64,000 nucleotides of DNA, taken from assembly GCA_951812955.1 (NCBI GenBank), contig OX638340.1, positions 1,216,001 to 1,280,000 of the forward strand, read 5' to 3'. Of this stretch, positions 8,949-19,638 are shown in pieces. Position numbers and translations under genes: made by a program. Under the pieces are notes generated by a model, which saw only the letters and a list, made by a program, of their open reading frames with translations, searched no databases and was not told the DNA's origin. The stretch's first letter is position 1. Each line of letters opens with the position of its first letter. Source of the DNA: an uncultured Gemmatimonadota bacterium (GTDB lineage: Bacteria; JAAXHH01).

Positions 8949-9950
8949 ATGGAAGAAAACGGCCCGATACTCGAATTCGAAAAGCCGATTTACGAGCTCG
9001 AAAAACGCATCGAGGAAATGAGAAACTATGCGGTGACCGAAAACCTCGATGCCCTGGCCGATGAGATCCAGCGCCTGGAAGAGGAAGTGGTCCGTCAGCG
9101 GCAGAAGACCTATGCCAACCTAACCCGGTGGCAGCGCGTGCTCATCGCCCGCCATCCGAACCGCCCCCACACGCTCGATTATATAAACGGGATGATGACG
9201 GATTTCGTCGAGCTGCACGGTGACCGGTCTTTCGGGGATGACAAAGCCATGGTCACCGGACTGGCGAAAATGGACGGACGGCCCATCGCCGTCGTGGGCC
9301 ACCAGAAGGGAAAGAACACCAAGGAAAACGTGATGCGCAATTTCGGCATGGCGGGTCCCGAGGGATACCGCAAGGCCCTGCGCATCATGAGGCTGGCCGA
9401 GAAGTTCGACATGCCGGTCCTGTCCCTCGTCGACACCCCTGGAGCCTATCCCGGCGCGGGTGCCGAGGAACGGGGCCAGGCGGAAGCCATCGCACGGAAC
9501 ATTTATGAGATGGGACGCCTACGTGTACCGATCATCGTCATGGTCATCGGCGAAGGCGCCAGCGGCGGCGCCCTGGGCATCGGCGTGGGCGACCGGGTCA
9601 TCATGATGGAGAACGCCTGGTATTCGGTGATCAGCCCCGAACCCTGTTCCACCATCCTCTGGAAAGACCAGGAGAAGGCCGCGGCCCGCAAGGCGGACTG
9701 CGCGGAAGCCCTCCGCCTTTCTGCCACCGACCTGCTACAGTTCGGCGTCATCGACGAAATCGTCCCCGAGCCCTTCGGAGGCGCGCACCGCGACCACGAA
9801 ACATCCATTGCCAATGTCAGAAAATCCATCCTCAAGGCGTTGCACGAGGCGGGCGAACAGTCCGTCGAGGAGCGCCTAGAAGCCCGGCTGGAAAAGTACA
9901 GCAGCATGGGCGCATACGATGTAGTACCCACCGCGGACGACCAATCGTAA
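8949..9950 (+). CDS. accA: Acetyl-CoA carboxylase carboxyltransferase subunit alpha
   Basis: Begins [24 protein letters not shown]... It has the carboxyltransferase alpha signature ([49 protein letters not shown]). The 363-aa ORF's upstream extension is unlikely. Confidence 0.9.
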   Translation: MEENGPILEFEKPIYELEKRIEEMRNYAVTENLDALADEIQRLEEEVVRQRQKTYANLTRWQRVLIARHPNRPHTLDYINGMMTDFVELHGDRSFGDDKAMVTGLAKMDGRPIAVVGHQKGKNTKENVMRNFGMAGPEGYRKALRIMRLAEKFDMPVLSLVDTPGAYPGAGAEERGQAEAIARNIYEMGRLRVPIIVMVIGEGASGGALGIGVGDRVIMMENAWYSVISPEPCSTILWKDQEKAAARKADCAEALRLSATDLLQFGVIDEIVPEPFGGAHRDHETSIANVRKSILKALHEAGEQSVEERLEARLEKYSSMGAYDVVPTADDQS

Positions 9951-9973
9951 ATCGGAATCCGGGAGCGGGATTC

Positions 9974-11161
9974 TTGTTAAAAGCCATCCAGGGCGGCTCG
10001 ATCATTAACGGTAAGGGTGAAATCCCGATTCCCAATGGGATGATCCTGTTGGACGGCAATCGGATAGAAGCCGTCGGTTCCCGCGATAGCCTTCCCATTC
10101 CCCGCGACGCGGAAGTCATCGACCTGGGTACGGCCACCCTCCTCCCCGGTCTCATCGATACCCACGTGCATCTCGTCATGAACGCGAAGGAGGACTGTGT
10201 AACCTCCCTGGCGCGCAAGAACGCAGTGGAGTCGGTGGTCGAGGCCGCCGGCAACGCCCGCCGCGCTCTGCGGGGCGGCGTGACGACCGTGCGGGACTGT
10301 GCCGACGTGTTCGGCGTAACGCTGACGTTGAAGCGAGCCATCGACGCGGGTGAGCTCGAAGGTCCGCGCATTCTCGCCTGCGGACTGCCCATCACCACGA
10401 CGGCGGGACACCTTCACTACATGGGGATCAGCGCGGACAGCAAGGAGGAGGTGCTGAAGGCCGTGCGCACGGTGGTCACCATGGGGGTGGACTGGGTCAA
10501 GGTGTGCGCGACCGGCGGAGGTCTGACCCCCGACAGCAACGTCCGTCGCGCCCAGTATTCGGCGGAGACGTTGTCGGCCCTCGTCCGGGACGCCCATCGT
10601 CTCGGAAGGAAGGTCGCCGCCCACGCCCACGGGACCGAAGGCATTTTGAACTGTGCCATCGCCGGCACCGACAGCATCGAGCACTGTTCGTGGATGGGAG
10701 AGGAAGAAGGACACCGCTACGATGAAAATGCCGTCGATCTGATTCGGAAGAAAGGACTCTACGTCAGCCACACCATCACCGGACCGAGGACGGCTTCGCC
10801 GGAAGAGGTGGAAGAACTGCTGAACAGCGAACTAGGCGAGCGGTTCGCCTTGCAGCGGCGTACGCTGGAAGAAGGCGTGCGCATGGTCATATCCAGCGAT
10901 GCGGGGGTCATCGACACCCGATTCGAGGATTTCACCGGAGGCCTCGTCATCGCCGTCCAGTGCTGCGGCTTCTCACCAATGGGCGCCATCATCGCCTCCA
11001 CGAGCCGTGCGGCCGAAATGCTGGGCATGGAAAACCGGATCGGCTCCCTGGAACCCGGTAAAAGCGCCGATATCCTGGCGGTCGACGGAGATCCGCTTCA
11101 GGATATCAGCGCGATCCGGCGGATCGTCGGCGTGTTCAAGGACGGCGAGCGATACGTGTAA
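9974..11161 (+). CDS. Amidohydrolase family protein (imidazolonepropionase/Xaa-Pro-dipeptidase-like metal-dependent hydrolase)
   Basis: 395 aa. It has the PGLIDTHVHL metal-binding HxH motif and typical amidohydrolase C-terminal motifs (AAHAHG..., DAGV). TTG start. Confidence 0.75.
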   Translation: MLKAIQGGSIINGKGEIPIPNGMILLDGNRIEAVGSRDSLPIPRDAEVIDLGTATLLPGLIDTHVHLVMNAKEDCVTSLARKNAVESVVEAAGNARRALRGGVTTVRDCADVFGVTLTLKRAIDAGELEGPRILACGLPITTTAGHLHYMGISADSKEEVLKAVRTVVTMGVDWVKVCATGGGLTPDSNVRRAQYSAETLSALVRDAHRLGRKVAAHAHGTEGILNCAIAGTDSIEHCSWMGEEEGHRYDENAVDLIRKKGLYVSHTITGPRTASPEEVEELLNSELGERFALQRRTLEEGVRMVISSDAGVIDTRFEDFTGGLVIAVQCCGFSPMGAIIASTSRAAEMLGMENRIGSLEPGKSADILAVDGDPLQDISAIRRIVGVFKDGERYV

Positions 11162-11327
11162 TCCGCAGGAACCCTTCCGTATTTCTCGACAACTGCTCCC
11201 TGCGTTCGCGACCTCCGCACAGTATACCGCGACATCCACGCTGTATATACATTGTATCTACTGAAACTACCTCGCAGAAACCTAGTAACCATACGTGTTT
11301 CAGCACGCCTGGATGGCGCCATGAGGG

Positions 11328-12500
11328 CTAGGCTATCGTACGGGGTTTCAGTTCGCCTGGACGGGTGAATCGAGCGAGCGCGAAGAGGCTAGTGTCGACT
11401 GGCGGCGTTTCGTCGTACAGTTTGGCGGCCAGGATCTCGCCCAGTACCGGGCCGAACTTGAACCCGTGCCCCGAAAACCCCGCGGCTACGACTACGTGGC
11501 TGTAATCGGGATGGCGATCCAGGATGAAGTGGTAGTCCGCAGAATTGGTGTAGAGACAGTGTTTCACCGTGACGGGATTGCGGAAAAGGTGGGGACATCT
11601 TCGGCCGACGAATGCCTGCACCGCGGCGAGATTGACGCGATCCACGTCTTCGGGGTCATCGGCATCGACGATACGGCCGGTTCTATGGCAGCCGGCTTTC
11701 ACCCCAGGCACCTGTACCTGGGGCACGCAGTAAAAGGGATCGGCGGTGTGATAATCGATCACGTTGGGCATGGCACCCGCCTCATGCGAGACCGGCCCGG
11801 CCTGCGGAAAGTAGGCCAGCAGTTCGCGCGTGATCACCAACTTGGCTTTGATCCCCAGTGCGTCAAGCCACCGGCCCGTCCATCCACCCGCTGCCAGCAC
11901 CAGGCTGGCAGCCGACCAGGAGCGCCCGTCGGACGCTGTTACCTCGACACGGTCTTCGCGCGGATCAATCGCAGCGACTTCCGTTTCCGTCAGGGCGTCC
12001 ACGCCATCTTCCCGGACGCAGTCCCACATACTCCGAACCAATACGTCCGCGAAAAGTACCGCGCTGTCGGGCTGGTGGATCGCTTCGCTTGTCCGTGGCA
12101 GGTTCAATTGAGGGAAACGGCGGGAAAAGGCAACGCCGGCCAGCCGCTCGTAGGGTAGTCCGCATTCCCGCAACCGGGTTTCAAGGATACCCAGTACCTC
12201 CGCGTCTGCTGGCGCCAGGTTGCAGATCCCGGTCTGTCTGAACAGCGGCCTGCCCAGGCGTTTCGCGAGGTCTTCCCAGAACCGGAACGCCCGCGACGCC
12301 ATTTCGACGTACACGTTCTCTTCGTAATCGAAACGAAACATCCGGCTGTCGCCGTGCGAACTGCCGTGTTGGTGTGCGGGCGCGTATCTTTCTAGCAGAA
12401 GTACGCGTTTTCCGCGCCCGGCCAGGACATAGGCAGACGAGACGCCGACGACCCCTCCGCCGACCACGATGACATCGTACTGGTTCTCCCGCCGGCTCAC
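11328..12500 (-). CDS. FAD-dependent oxidoreductase, monomeric sarcosine oxidase / N-methyltryptophan oxidase (MSOX/MTOX) family
   Basis: The Rossmann motif DVIVVGGGVVG is present. HGSSHGDSRMF and the C-terminal GFSGHGFKFGPVLGEILA closely match MSOX-family signatures. Confidence 0.8.
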   Translation of the reverse strand: MSRRENQYDVIVVGGGVVGVSSAYVLAGRGKRVLLLERYAPAHQHGSSHGDSRMFRFDYEENVYVEMASRAFRFWEDLAKRLGRPLFRQTGICNLAPADAEVLGILETRLRECGLPYERLAGVAFSRRFPQLNLPRTSEAIHQPDSAVLFADVLVRSMWDCVREDGVDALTETEVAAIDPREDRVEVTASDGRSWSAASLVLAAGGWTGRWLDALGIKAKLVITRELLAYFPQAGPVSHEAGAMPNVIDYHTADPFYCVPQVQVPGVKAGCHRTGRIVDADDPEDVDRVNLAAVQAFVGRRCPHLFRNPVTVKHCLYTNSADYHFILDRHPDYSHVVVAAGFSGHGFKFGPVLGEILAAKLYDETPPVDTSLFALARFTRPGELKPRTIA

Positions 12501-13492
12501 GGCAGGCCCCGTGTCGCGCGGAGCAAGGTCTCCTGCACGAGCAGTTCGTGGGACGGGGGACGGTCCGGCGGCTGATCCCCGGATATGGTTTTCAGGAACG
12601 ACTCCAGCTCGAGGTCGTACAGCTCCTGGCGGCTTCGGCCCTCCACGGGCACCCGGGATTCTCCAGCTGAATATCCGTCCCGGTCGCCGGTCAGGACCAG
12701 CCGGATCTCCGTGCCCGGTTCGAAGGGTTCGATGAGTATGGCGCTTCCCTCTGTGCCGTACACCTCGAAACGGCGCGCGGCCGGCGAAGGTTCCATGGCG
12801 GCGATGTCCACGGTGGCCATGGCGTGATCGTATTCGAATACACCCAGACCGTTATCGGTGAAGGCGGTGACTTCCCCGGTCTCGTTTCTCAGGAACGCGG
12901 TTACCTTTGACGGACGGCCGAGGATCCAGACCACCTGGTCGAGCATGTGGCCGGCCAGGTCGTAGAATATGCCGCCTTGGTGTGTACCGATTACCTCTCT
13001 GGAAGTGGCTGGAACGTTTGTCGACATGTGCGCCCGTATGGAAAAAACGTTGCCCAGCATGCCGGACCTTGCCCAGTCCGCAATTTTGACGAACCCGTCG
13101 TGATACCGGAACATGTACCCCATCTGCACCTGCAGGTTCGCCTTTTCCGCCAAAGCGGCCACCCGCTGCCAGGCGGGCCAGTCGTCCCCGGCAGGCTTGT
13201 CATACCAGGCATGTTTGCCGGCGCGGATGATCTCTTCGGTCTGGGCCAGGCTTTCGTCGTTGCGGCCTTCCGATGCAACGGCGACGACAGCCGGGTCACC
13301 GAGCATATCCTCCGCGCATTCGAACCAGCGGACGTCGGCGTACGGACCGTCGACGTGTTCCAGGGCGGCCCTCCTCTCCGCATTGGGCTCGAACACCCCG
13401 ACGCACTCGACGTCTGGGTTGGTCAACATGGACTGAAGTTTGCCGGCGGCATGCCCGTGACCGGTGCCGTATTGCGCCATGTGAATCGACAT
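12497..13492 (-). CDS. Gfo/Idh/MocA family NAD(P)-dependent oxidoreductase
   Basis: Start trimmed to ATG 13492 (MSIHMAQYGTGHGHAAGK..., a Rossmann-like N-terminus). The rest shows Gfo/Idh/MocA fold similarity. There is a 4-nt overlap with the downstream gene. Confidence 0.65.
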   Translation of the reverse strand: MSIHMAQYGTGHGHAAGKLQSMLTNPDVECVGVFEPNAERRAALEHVDGPYADVRWFECAEDMLGDPAVVAVASEGRNDESLAQTEEIIRAGKHAWYDKPAGDDWPAWQRVAALAEKANLQVQMGYMFRYHDGFVKIADWARSGMLGNVFSIRAHMSTNVPATSREVIGTHQGGIFYDLAGHMLDQVVWILGRPSKVTAFLRNETGEVTAFTDNGLGVFEYDHAMATVDIAAMEPSPAARRFEVYGTEGSAILIEPFEPGTEIRLVLTGDRDGYSAGESRVPVEGRSRQELYDLELESFLKTISGDQPPDRPPSHELLVQETLLRATRGLP

Positions 13493-13680
13493 TTTACGGT
13501 TCCTCTGTGTGCAATGACTGAGACTGTTTCGGGTTACCGGGAAGTAAATGCCGGACGTGGTATCGTCAAGCGAATTCGGGTGGATATGACGCTTGACATC
13601 CGGTCCCGTTTCCGCTACGTTCGCACCAATCTTTCCATGATCCATTAGCTCAAAACCTATTACAGACCAGGAGTTGCAAG

Positions 13681-14529
13681 GTGTCCCTTTCCCAGGCGCA
13701 GATCGACCGATTCAGAGAGGTCGGTTTCCTTAACGTGGGCCGCGTTTACAGCGATAATGAGGCCGACGCATTGCGGGACCGCCTGATGACCGTAATCGCG
13801 GGCACGTCCCGCGGGAGGGCCGAGGCGGTTCGTAACCTGCGCGGCGAGGAGCTCGAGGCGGAAAGAGACGTGGTGATCCAGGTGGTCAATACCTGGCAGG
13901 CGGATGACGGGTTCCGGATCCATCTCTATCACCCCGGGATATGCCGGATGGCCTGCGAACTGATGGGGACCGACGTACTGCGGGTGTGGCACGACCAGAT
14001 CCAGTATAAACCGCCGCGGCGAGGCGGGGCGACGGACTGGCACCAGGACCATCCGTACTGGCCGATCATCCAGCCAGCCGATCTGGTTAGCGCCTGGGTG
14101 GCTCTGGACGATGCAACTGTCGAAAACGGCTGCATGCGTATGGTGCCGCGCAGCCACCAATGGGGACCCCATAAGGGCGGTACGATTGGGACGAACGAAG
14201 ACGGTTTCACGCCGGATCCTGATCTTTCCCTCTTACCGGATGACGAAGATGTCGAAATAGTGCCCTGTGAAGTCAAGAAAGGCGAGTGCATGTTCCACCA
14301 CTGCCTTACGTGGCACGGCAGTCCGCCCAATCCATCCGAATACGGCCGGCCGGCCATCGCGGTGCACTACATGCCCGGATGGACGCGTTACGAACCGACC
14401 AGGACGCATATCATGGAACGAAGGGTAGACGTGGAACCCGGAGAACTCCTGACCGGCCATTACTTCCCCACCGTGTGGGATCACGGCCCCGTCAAACCGC
14501 CGGAGCACTGGTCCGAGGAGCAGGCATGA
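13681..14529 (+). CDS. Phytanoyl-CoA dioxygenase (PhyH) family oxygenase
   Basis: 282 aa. IDRFREVGFLNVGRVYSD and WHQDHPYWP are PhyH signatures. GTG start. Confidence 0.65.
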   Translation: MSLSQAQIDRFREVGFLNVGRVYSDNEADALRDRLMTVIAGTSRGRAEAVRNLRGEELEAERDVVIQVVNTWQADDGFRIHLYHPGICRMACELMGTDVLRVWHDQIQYKPPRRGGATDWHQDHPYWPIIQPADLVSAWVALDDATVENGCMRMVPRSHQWGPHKGGTIGTNEDGFTPDPDLSLLPDDEDVEIVPCEVKKGECMFHHCLTWHGSPPNPSEYGRPAIAVHYMPGWTRYEPTRTHIMERRVDVEPGELLTGHYFPTVWDHGPVKPPEHWSEEQA

Positions 14530-15773
14530 GCGTTGAGGCCAACGTCAACACCGCCTCCCGGCCCGGCGAACTGCGTATCACCGACATGCGCACGGTCACG
14601 ATCGGCGCGTCAACGATTATCAGGCTCGATACCAACCAGGACATTCACGGCCTGGGCGAGGTGCGGGACGGCGCGAGCAAGACCTATGCCCTGGGCCTCA
14701 AGTCGCGCATCCTGGGCGAGAACCCCTGCGAAGTCGACAGGATATTCCGGAAGATCCGCCAGTTCGGGCACCACGCCAGGCAGGCCGGCGGTGTCTGCGC
14801 TATCGAGATGGCCCTGATGGATCTGGCGGGCAAGGTCTACGGCGTGCCCGCCTATCAACTTGCAGGCGGTAAATTCAGGGATTCGGTGCGCATATACTGC
14901 GATACGACCACGTCCCCGGACGCAGAAGAGATGGGGCGTCGCCTCAAGGAACGCGTGGAACGGGGGTTCACCTTTCTGAAGATGGACGTGGGTATCGGCC
15001 TGCTGAAGGCCATACCCGGAACCCTGTCGGCCCCTGCAGGGATGCTGGACACGCTGCACATCATGCATCCATTCACGGGGATTCGGCTGACGGACAAAGG
15101 CATCGGCGTATTGTCGGATTACGTGGCGGGTGTCCGCGACATAGTCGGTTACGAAATCCCGCTCGCCGTCGACCACTTCGGGCACATCGGCGTGGAGGAT
15201 TGCATCCGCCTGGGCAAGGCGCTGGACCGGTACAACCTGGCCTGGTACGAGGATATGGTCCCGTGGCAGTTCACGGAGCAGTACATTCGCTTGCGGGACG
15301 CCTGCGACACGCCGATCTGCACGGGGGAGGACATCTACCTCAAAGATGGGTTCATGGACCTCTTCGAAAACCGGGCCATCTCCGTGTGTCATCCCGACCT
15401 GGCCACGTCGGGCGGCATCCTGGAAACCAAGAAGATCGGCGATTCGGCCCAGGAACACGGCATCTCCATGGCGCTGCACATGTCCGCCATGCCGGTCGCC
15501 CAGATGGCCAGCGTACACTGTGCCGCGGCCACCGAGAACTTCATCGCCCTGGAACACCACCACGTGGACGTGCCGTGGTGGGACGACCTGGTAACCGGCC
15601 TGCCGGATCCAGCGGTACAGGACGGTTTCATGGCGGTGCCCGAAGCGCCCGGTCTGGGAATCGAATTGAATGAAGAGGCGATTCGGGAGCACATCAGCGA
15701 CAAGGATCCGGGATACTTCGAACCCACAGACGAGTGGAATGACCTGCGTTCGCACGATCGCCTATGGAGTTAG
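14526..15773 (+). CDS. Enolase-superfamily enzyme (mandelate racemase/muconate lactonizing enzyme family; sugar-acid dehydratase-like)
   Basis: Its ATG overlaps the stop of the upstream PhyH gene (ATGA). It has the capping domain, the GFTFLKMDVG KxK motif, and DHFGH...WYED...TGED metal-ligand motifs. Confidence 0.75.
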   Translation: MSVEANVNTASRPGELRITDMRTVTIGASTIIRLDTNQDIHGLGEVRDGASKTYALGLKSRILGENPCEVDRIFRKIRQFGHHARQAGGVCAIEMALMDLAGKVYGVPAYQLAGGKFRDSVRIYCDTTTSPDAEEMGRRLKERVERGFTFLKMDVGIGLLKAIPGTLSAPAGMLDTLHIMHPFTGIRLTDKGIGVLSDYVAGVRDIVGYEIPLAVDHFGHIGVEDCIRLGKALDRYNLAWYEDMVPWQFTEQYIRLRDACDTPICTGEDIYLKDGFMDLFENRAISVCHPDLATSGGILETKKIGDSAQEHGISMALHMSAMPVAQMASVHCAAATENFIALEHHHVDVPWWDDLVTGLPDPAVQDGFMAVPEAPGLGIELNEEAIREHISDKDPGYFEPTDEWNDLRSHDRLWS

Positions 15774-15845
15774 TAAAACGGAAGAGCACCAGGAGGTCCA
15801 CGCCCACGTTCGTCTTTGGAGCGGGGCATCTGAAGGAGCGTATCC

Positions 15846-16868
15846 ATGACTATTCCCGTTGCCCAGGGTCCGCCGTTACCGTTTGAGCCCAGCCCCTACA
15901 TCGCGCTTACTGAAACGCAACAGAGCCGGTTCGACGAAGACGGCTTTATCCTGATTGAGGATGCCCTCTCGCCGAGCCACGTCGAACGGCTGCTCAAGGT
16001 CGTCGACACGCTCTACGACAATTTCCACAGGACCCACGGTACCCCGCCCGACGCGCCTTACCAGATTCGCAACGCCCTGATTCACCACGAGGAGCTTTTC
16101 GCGTTGATCGAATACCGGAAGATCCTGTCGCTGGTCGTGGACGTCATGGGGGTAAACATACAGATCCGCACTTCCCACGTGGACGTCCGTCCTCCCATGA
16201 AAGATCACATGGGTGGAGAACTGGGGGCCAAGGGCAGCTTTTTCCCATGGCATTCGGACGCACCCAATTACGGCTATCCCATTACCAACGGCCGGATTCC
16301 CTTTTTAGAAGTGAAAGTCGGGTACTACCTCACCGATCTCACCGAGCACAACAGCGGCGCCATATGCGTGGTGCGGGGCAGTCACAAGCTTTCGCCGGAA
16401 CTGATCCACGATCCGGATTACCAGATCGACCCGATGGACATCGTGGAAGTGCGTGTCAGGCCGGGTACCGCCATGGTCTGGCGCACGGCGCTCTGGCACT
16501 GCCTGGCCCCCAATCTCTCCGGGCGAACCCGCAAGTGCCTCTACTACGGTTACAACCACCGCTGGGCACGACCCGGGGACTACGACCGCCAGGACTCCGA
16601 CCTGTTGGCCCGTTGCACACCCGTTCAGCGCCAGCTGCTGGGTTCCAACACCACGGAGGACGGAGTGGTTTACCAGGACGGCGATCCGGCCCATCCGGCT
16701 TCCAGGTACTGGCGGCCCGAAACCGCGGACGTACCCCTGGAAGCATGGGCTGATAGTCAATATCGGAAAAAACACCGCAGGGAACGGAAGCTATGGGAGA
16801 AACGGAATAGGCTGCCCCCCGGCGCCGTGGGCGCGCCAATAGAGCAGGAGGAAAGCCTCCTGGATTAG
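15846..16868 (+). CDS. PhyH family Fe(II)/2OG oxygenase
   Basis: 340 aa. PWHSDAPNYGYP carries the HxD motif, and the overall architecture is PhyH-like. Confidence 0.6.
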   Translation: MTIPVAQGPPLPFEPSPYIALTETQQSRFDEDGFILIEDALSPSHVERLLKVVDTLYDNFHRTHGTPPDAPYQIRNALIHHEELFALIEYRKILSLVVDVMGVNIQIRTSHVDVRPPMKDHMGGELGAKGSFFPWHSDAPNYGYPITNGRIPFLEVKVGYYLTDLTEHNSGAICVVRGSHKLSPELIHDPDYQIDPMDIVEVRVRPGTAMVWRTALWHCLAPNLSGRTRKCLYYGYNHRWARPGDYDRQDSDLLARCTPVQRQLLGSNTTEDGVVYQDGDPAHPASRYWRPETADVPLEAWADSQYRKKHRRERKLWEKRNRLPPGAVGAPIEQEESLLD

Positions 16869-16947
16869 AGCCGAGACGGGGACCGGAAGGAAACCCTCAA
16901 ACCGCAAGTCATCCGCGAATAAGGGTGTATTTACATCAGAGGAAACC

Positions 16948-17679
16948 ATGACCGAAGCCGAAATCTTCGAATTCGACCTCAATGGCTATATCATGTACCG
17001 GAACGTTCTAACCCGGGACCAGGTCGACCACATGAACGGGGTGCTCGACGAACACCTTACAGAAGAATCCTTCAATTTCCCATTTCTTCACCTGGACCCG
17101 ATGTTCATGGAAGTCATGGCCCTGCCCCGGACGCTGAACATACTCGGGACGATGATCGGGGACTGGATGCGCCTGGACCATGCCTACGGGCTCCAGATGG
17201 ATACGCTCTCCGAGGAACGGGGCGATACAAGACCAAACCTCCACGGCGGACCGCTGGAGGACAACGGCGAGCACCATTACCAGTGGTTCAATGGAAAGAT
17301 GTACAACGGCCTGACCGTCGTCATGTATGCTCTCGAAGACGTGAACCCCGGTGACGGCGGCTTCATCTGCGTACCGGGAAGCCACAAGGCCAACATGGAC
17401 TTCAAACCCGCGGTGAATTCGCATATCGTCGTCAATCCTGCCTTCAGGTCCGGCGATATGCTCATCTTCACGGAAGCGCTGGTCCATGGGACGAACACGT
17501 GGACCTCGTCGAACAAGCGGCGATCCCTGCTATACAAGTACTCCCCGGGACATTCCACGTGGGCGATCCCGGAAAATTGGGAAAAGCTGCGGGCCCTGGC
17601 GGCCAACGATCTGCAGCGCGACCTGCTCAGGGCGCCCAGCATCGAGGGCCGGACGCCCGTTGAGATACCGAAAGCGTGA
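16948..17679 (+). CDS. PhyH-like Fe(II)/2OG oxygenase, tandem paralog A
   Basis: 243 aa. It is about 65-70% identical to the next gene: MTEAEIFEFDLNGYI..., GDGGFICVPGSHKAN. Confidence 0.6.
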   Translation: MTEAEIFEFDLNGYIMYRNVLTRDQVDHMNGVLDEHLTEESFNFPFLHLDPMFMEVMALPRTLNILGTMIGDWMRLDHAYGLQMDTLSEERGDTRPNLHGGPLEDNGEHHYQWFNGKMYNGLTVVMYALEDVNPGDGGFICVPGSHKANMDFKPAVNSHIVVNPAFRSGDMLIFTEALVHGTNTWTSSNKRRSLLYKYSPGHSTWAIPENWEKLRALAANDLQRDLLRAPSIEGRTPVEIPKA

Positions 17680-17774
17680 GGGCGTAGAGCATCTGGCGGG
17701 GGCCGCTCCTTCGAACGCTTCCCGCGACTGAAAACACCCGATGTTGCGCGACGCGGGGCATTCCGGAGGAACCC

Positions 17775-18506
17775 ATGACCGAAGCCGAAATCTTCGAATT
17801 CGACCTCAACGGATACATCATCTACAAGGACATGCTGTCCCGGGACCAGGTGGATCACATGAACGGAATCCTGGACGGGCACCTCGCCGACGATGCCCAC
17901 GGCTTCCAGTTCCTTACACTCGATCCGGTATTCATGGAACTCATGGCCCATCCACGCACGCTGCGGATCATCCGCACGATGATCGGTGAATGGATGCGTC
18001 TGGACCATGCGTACGGTATGCAGATGGACAGACAGTCCGTCGAACGGGGCCATGTGAAACCGAATCTTCACGGCGGCCTGCGCCACGACCACGGAGAACA
18101 CCAGTACCAGTGGCACGATGGAAGGATGTACAATGGACTCATCGTGGTCATGTACGCACTCAAGGACGTCCACCCTGGCGACGGCGGCTTGATCTGCGTC
18201 CCGGGAAGTCACAAGGCCAACATGAATTTCCGGCCACCGGTGGATTCCCACCTAGTGGTGAATCCCTCCTTCATGGCGGGCGACATGCTCATCTTCACCG
18301 AAGCGCTGGTCCACGGCACCACCACGTGGACTTCCGACCAGCGGCGGCGCTCCTTGCTCTATAAGTATTCGCCCGGGTACTCCGCCTGGGCCTCGGCCGA
18401 CGGGCTGGACGACGCCCGTGCCCTGGCAACTGACGATGTCCAGCGCGACCTGCTGAGGCCGCCCAGCGTCGGAAGACGGACGCCCGTGGAGATCCCGGAT
18501 GAGTGA
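17775..18506 (+). CDS. PhyH-like Fe(II)/2OG oxygenase, tandem paralog B
   Basis: 243 aa. Same length and N-terminus (MTEAEIFEFDLNGYI) as the gene at 16948. Confidence 0.6.
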   Translation: MTEAEIFEFDLNGYIIYKDMLSRDQVDHMNGILDGHLADDAHGFQFLTLDPVFMELMAHPRTLRIIRTMIGEWMRLDHAYGMQMDRQSVERGHVKPNLHGGLRHDHGEHQYQWHDGRMYNGLIVVMYALKDVHPGDGGLICVPGSHKANMNFRPPVDSHLVVNPSFMAGDMLIFTEALVHGTTTWTSDQRRRSLLYKYSPGYSAWASADGLDDARALATDDVQRDLLRPPSVGRRTPVEIPDE

Positions 18507-18654
18507 AGGTTACTCCGGCGACGGGCAGAAGCTAGACTCGGAGATGAGCACGAGGAGGCACTGAGCACAATGACGGATGGCACGGCAGGATAAGTGAGCA
18601 AGGTCCGATGCAGATATACGGATGGCCCGGCACGGTAAATGAGGAGATACAGTA

Positions 18655-19470
18655 ATGAACGTGCGCGACGAATTCCGTTACAACCGGTTGACCTGGGAGG
18701 ATATGAACGAGGCGATCGCCATGCAGAAGGTGGTGGTCCTTCCCACGGGTTCAACCGAGCAGCATGGCAAGCACCTTCCGCTGGACACGGACGCGTTCCT
18801 CGTCGAATCGGTCTGTCACGAACTGGGGCGGCGGATCCCCGACCGCGTACTCGTTCTGCCGACGGTCTCCTACGGACTCAACCTGCACCACATAGACTTT
18901 CCCGGTACGATCCACATCGAACCCGAAGTGTTCATCGCCTTCTGCCTGAACATCACCAAAAGCGTCGCCTACCACGGTTTCGAGAAGATCCTGCTCGTTA
19001 ACGGACATGGTTCGAATGCCCCCATGATCGATCTGGTCGCCCGGAAGACGGTGCTGGCCACGGAGTCGCTTTGTTTCGCGGCCAATTACTTCACTTTCCT
19101 GGTGGACGCCTTCAACGAGGTGAAGGAATCAGAGGTGATGGCACACGCAGACGAACTGGAGACCTCATTGTACCTCCACCTCGCCGCCGATCGCGTTAAG
19201 ATGGACAAGGCCGCGCCGGATAACGATCGGGTGGGGAAGTACTGCTCATCGGACAGCACCGGTACCGTGCGCTTCAACGATTTCTGGGGAAGATGGACGG
19301 GCCTCGGGGTCCACGGCGACCCCACGCCGGCGACGGCGGAAAAAGGCGAGATCATCTTCAACGCGTCCGTGGAGGGCCTCGTCGAATTGATCGACGACAT
19401 TCACAAATGGCCGATCGAAAAGCGGCGCGATCAGCACACGGGGCCGGTTCAGAAGGGGATAAGGTGGTAA
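18655..19470 (+). CDS. Creatininase (creatinine amidohydrolase) family protein
   Basis: LPTGSTEQHGKHLPLDTD and LLVNGHGSN are family signatures. Confidence 0.8.
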   Translation: MNVRDEFRYNRLTWEDMNEAIAMQKVVVLPTGSTEQHGKHLPLDTDAFLVESVCHELGRRIPDRVLVLPTVSYGLNLHHIDFPGTIHIEPEVFIAFCLNITKSVAYHGFEKILLVNGHGSNAPMIDLVARKTVLATESLCFAANYFTFLVDAFNEVKESEVMAHADELETSLYLHLAADRVKMDKAAPDNDRVGKYCSSDSTGTVRFNDFWGRWTGLGVHGDPTPATAEKGEIIFNASVEGLVELIDDIHKWPIEKRRDQHTGPVQKGIRW

Positions 19471-19512
19471 GGTTCTGCCTGGCCGTGCGCAGTGACGCAG
19501 GGAGACGCCACC

Positions 19513-19620
19513 CTGTTCGGCTCGCATAAAACCGGCGGCAAGCCGACTTCGCGTTCGACAGAAACCGGCGGCGAGCAGACAGTGCTTTCGCTTGAAACTG
19601 GCGGTGAGATTAAAGCATTC
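19513..19620. repeat. Three imperfect ~33-bp direct repeats (AAACCGGCGGCRAGC-type) between convergent genes
   Basis: aaaccggcggcaagc..., gaaaccggcggcgagc... and gaaactggcggtgag... recur at about 33-bp spacing. Confidence 0.3.
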
Positions 19621-19638
19621 GATTGCGCGATTTAACAG

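Noticed and set aside
9953-9975. Possible weak hairpin (GAATCC-N7-GGATTC) between accA and the amidohydrolase gene
   Set aside because: The 6-bp stem has no convincing U-tract. It is too weak to call a terminator.
9977-10771. 264-aa minus-strand ORF
   Set aside because: It is antisense to the amidohydrolase gene.
14610-15755. 381-aa minus-strand ORF
   Set aside because: It is antisense to the enolase-superfamily gene, which has clear KxK and metal-ligand motifs.
17277-18251. 324-aa minus-strand ORF spanning both PhyH tandem paralogs
   Set aside because: It is antisense. The two plus-strand paralogs are mutually supported by about 65-70% identity and PhyH motifs.
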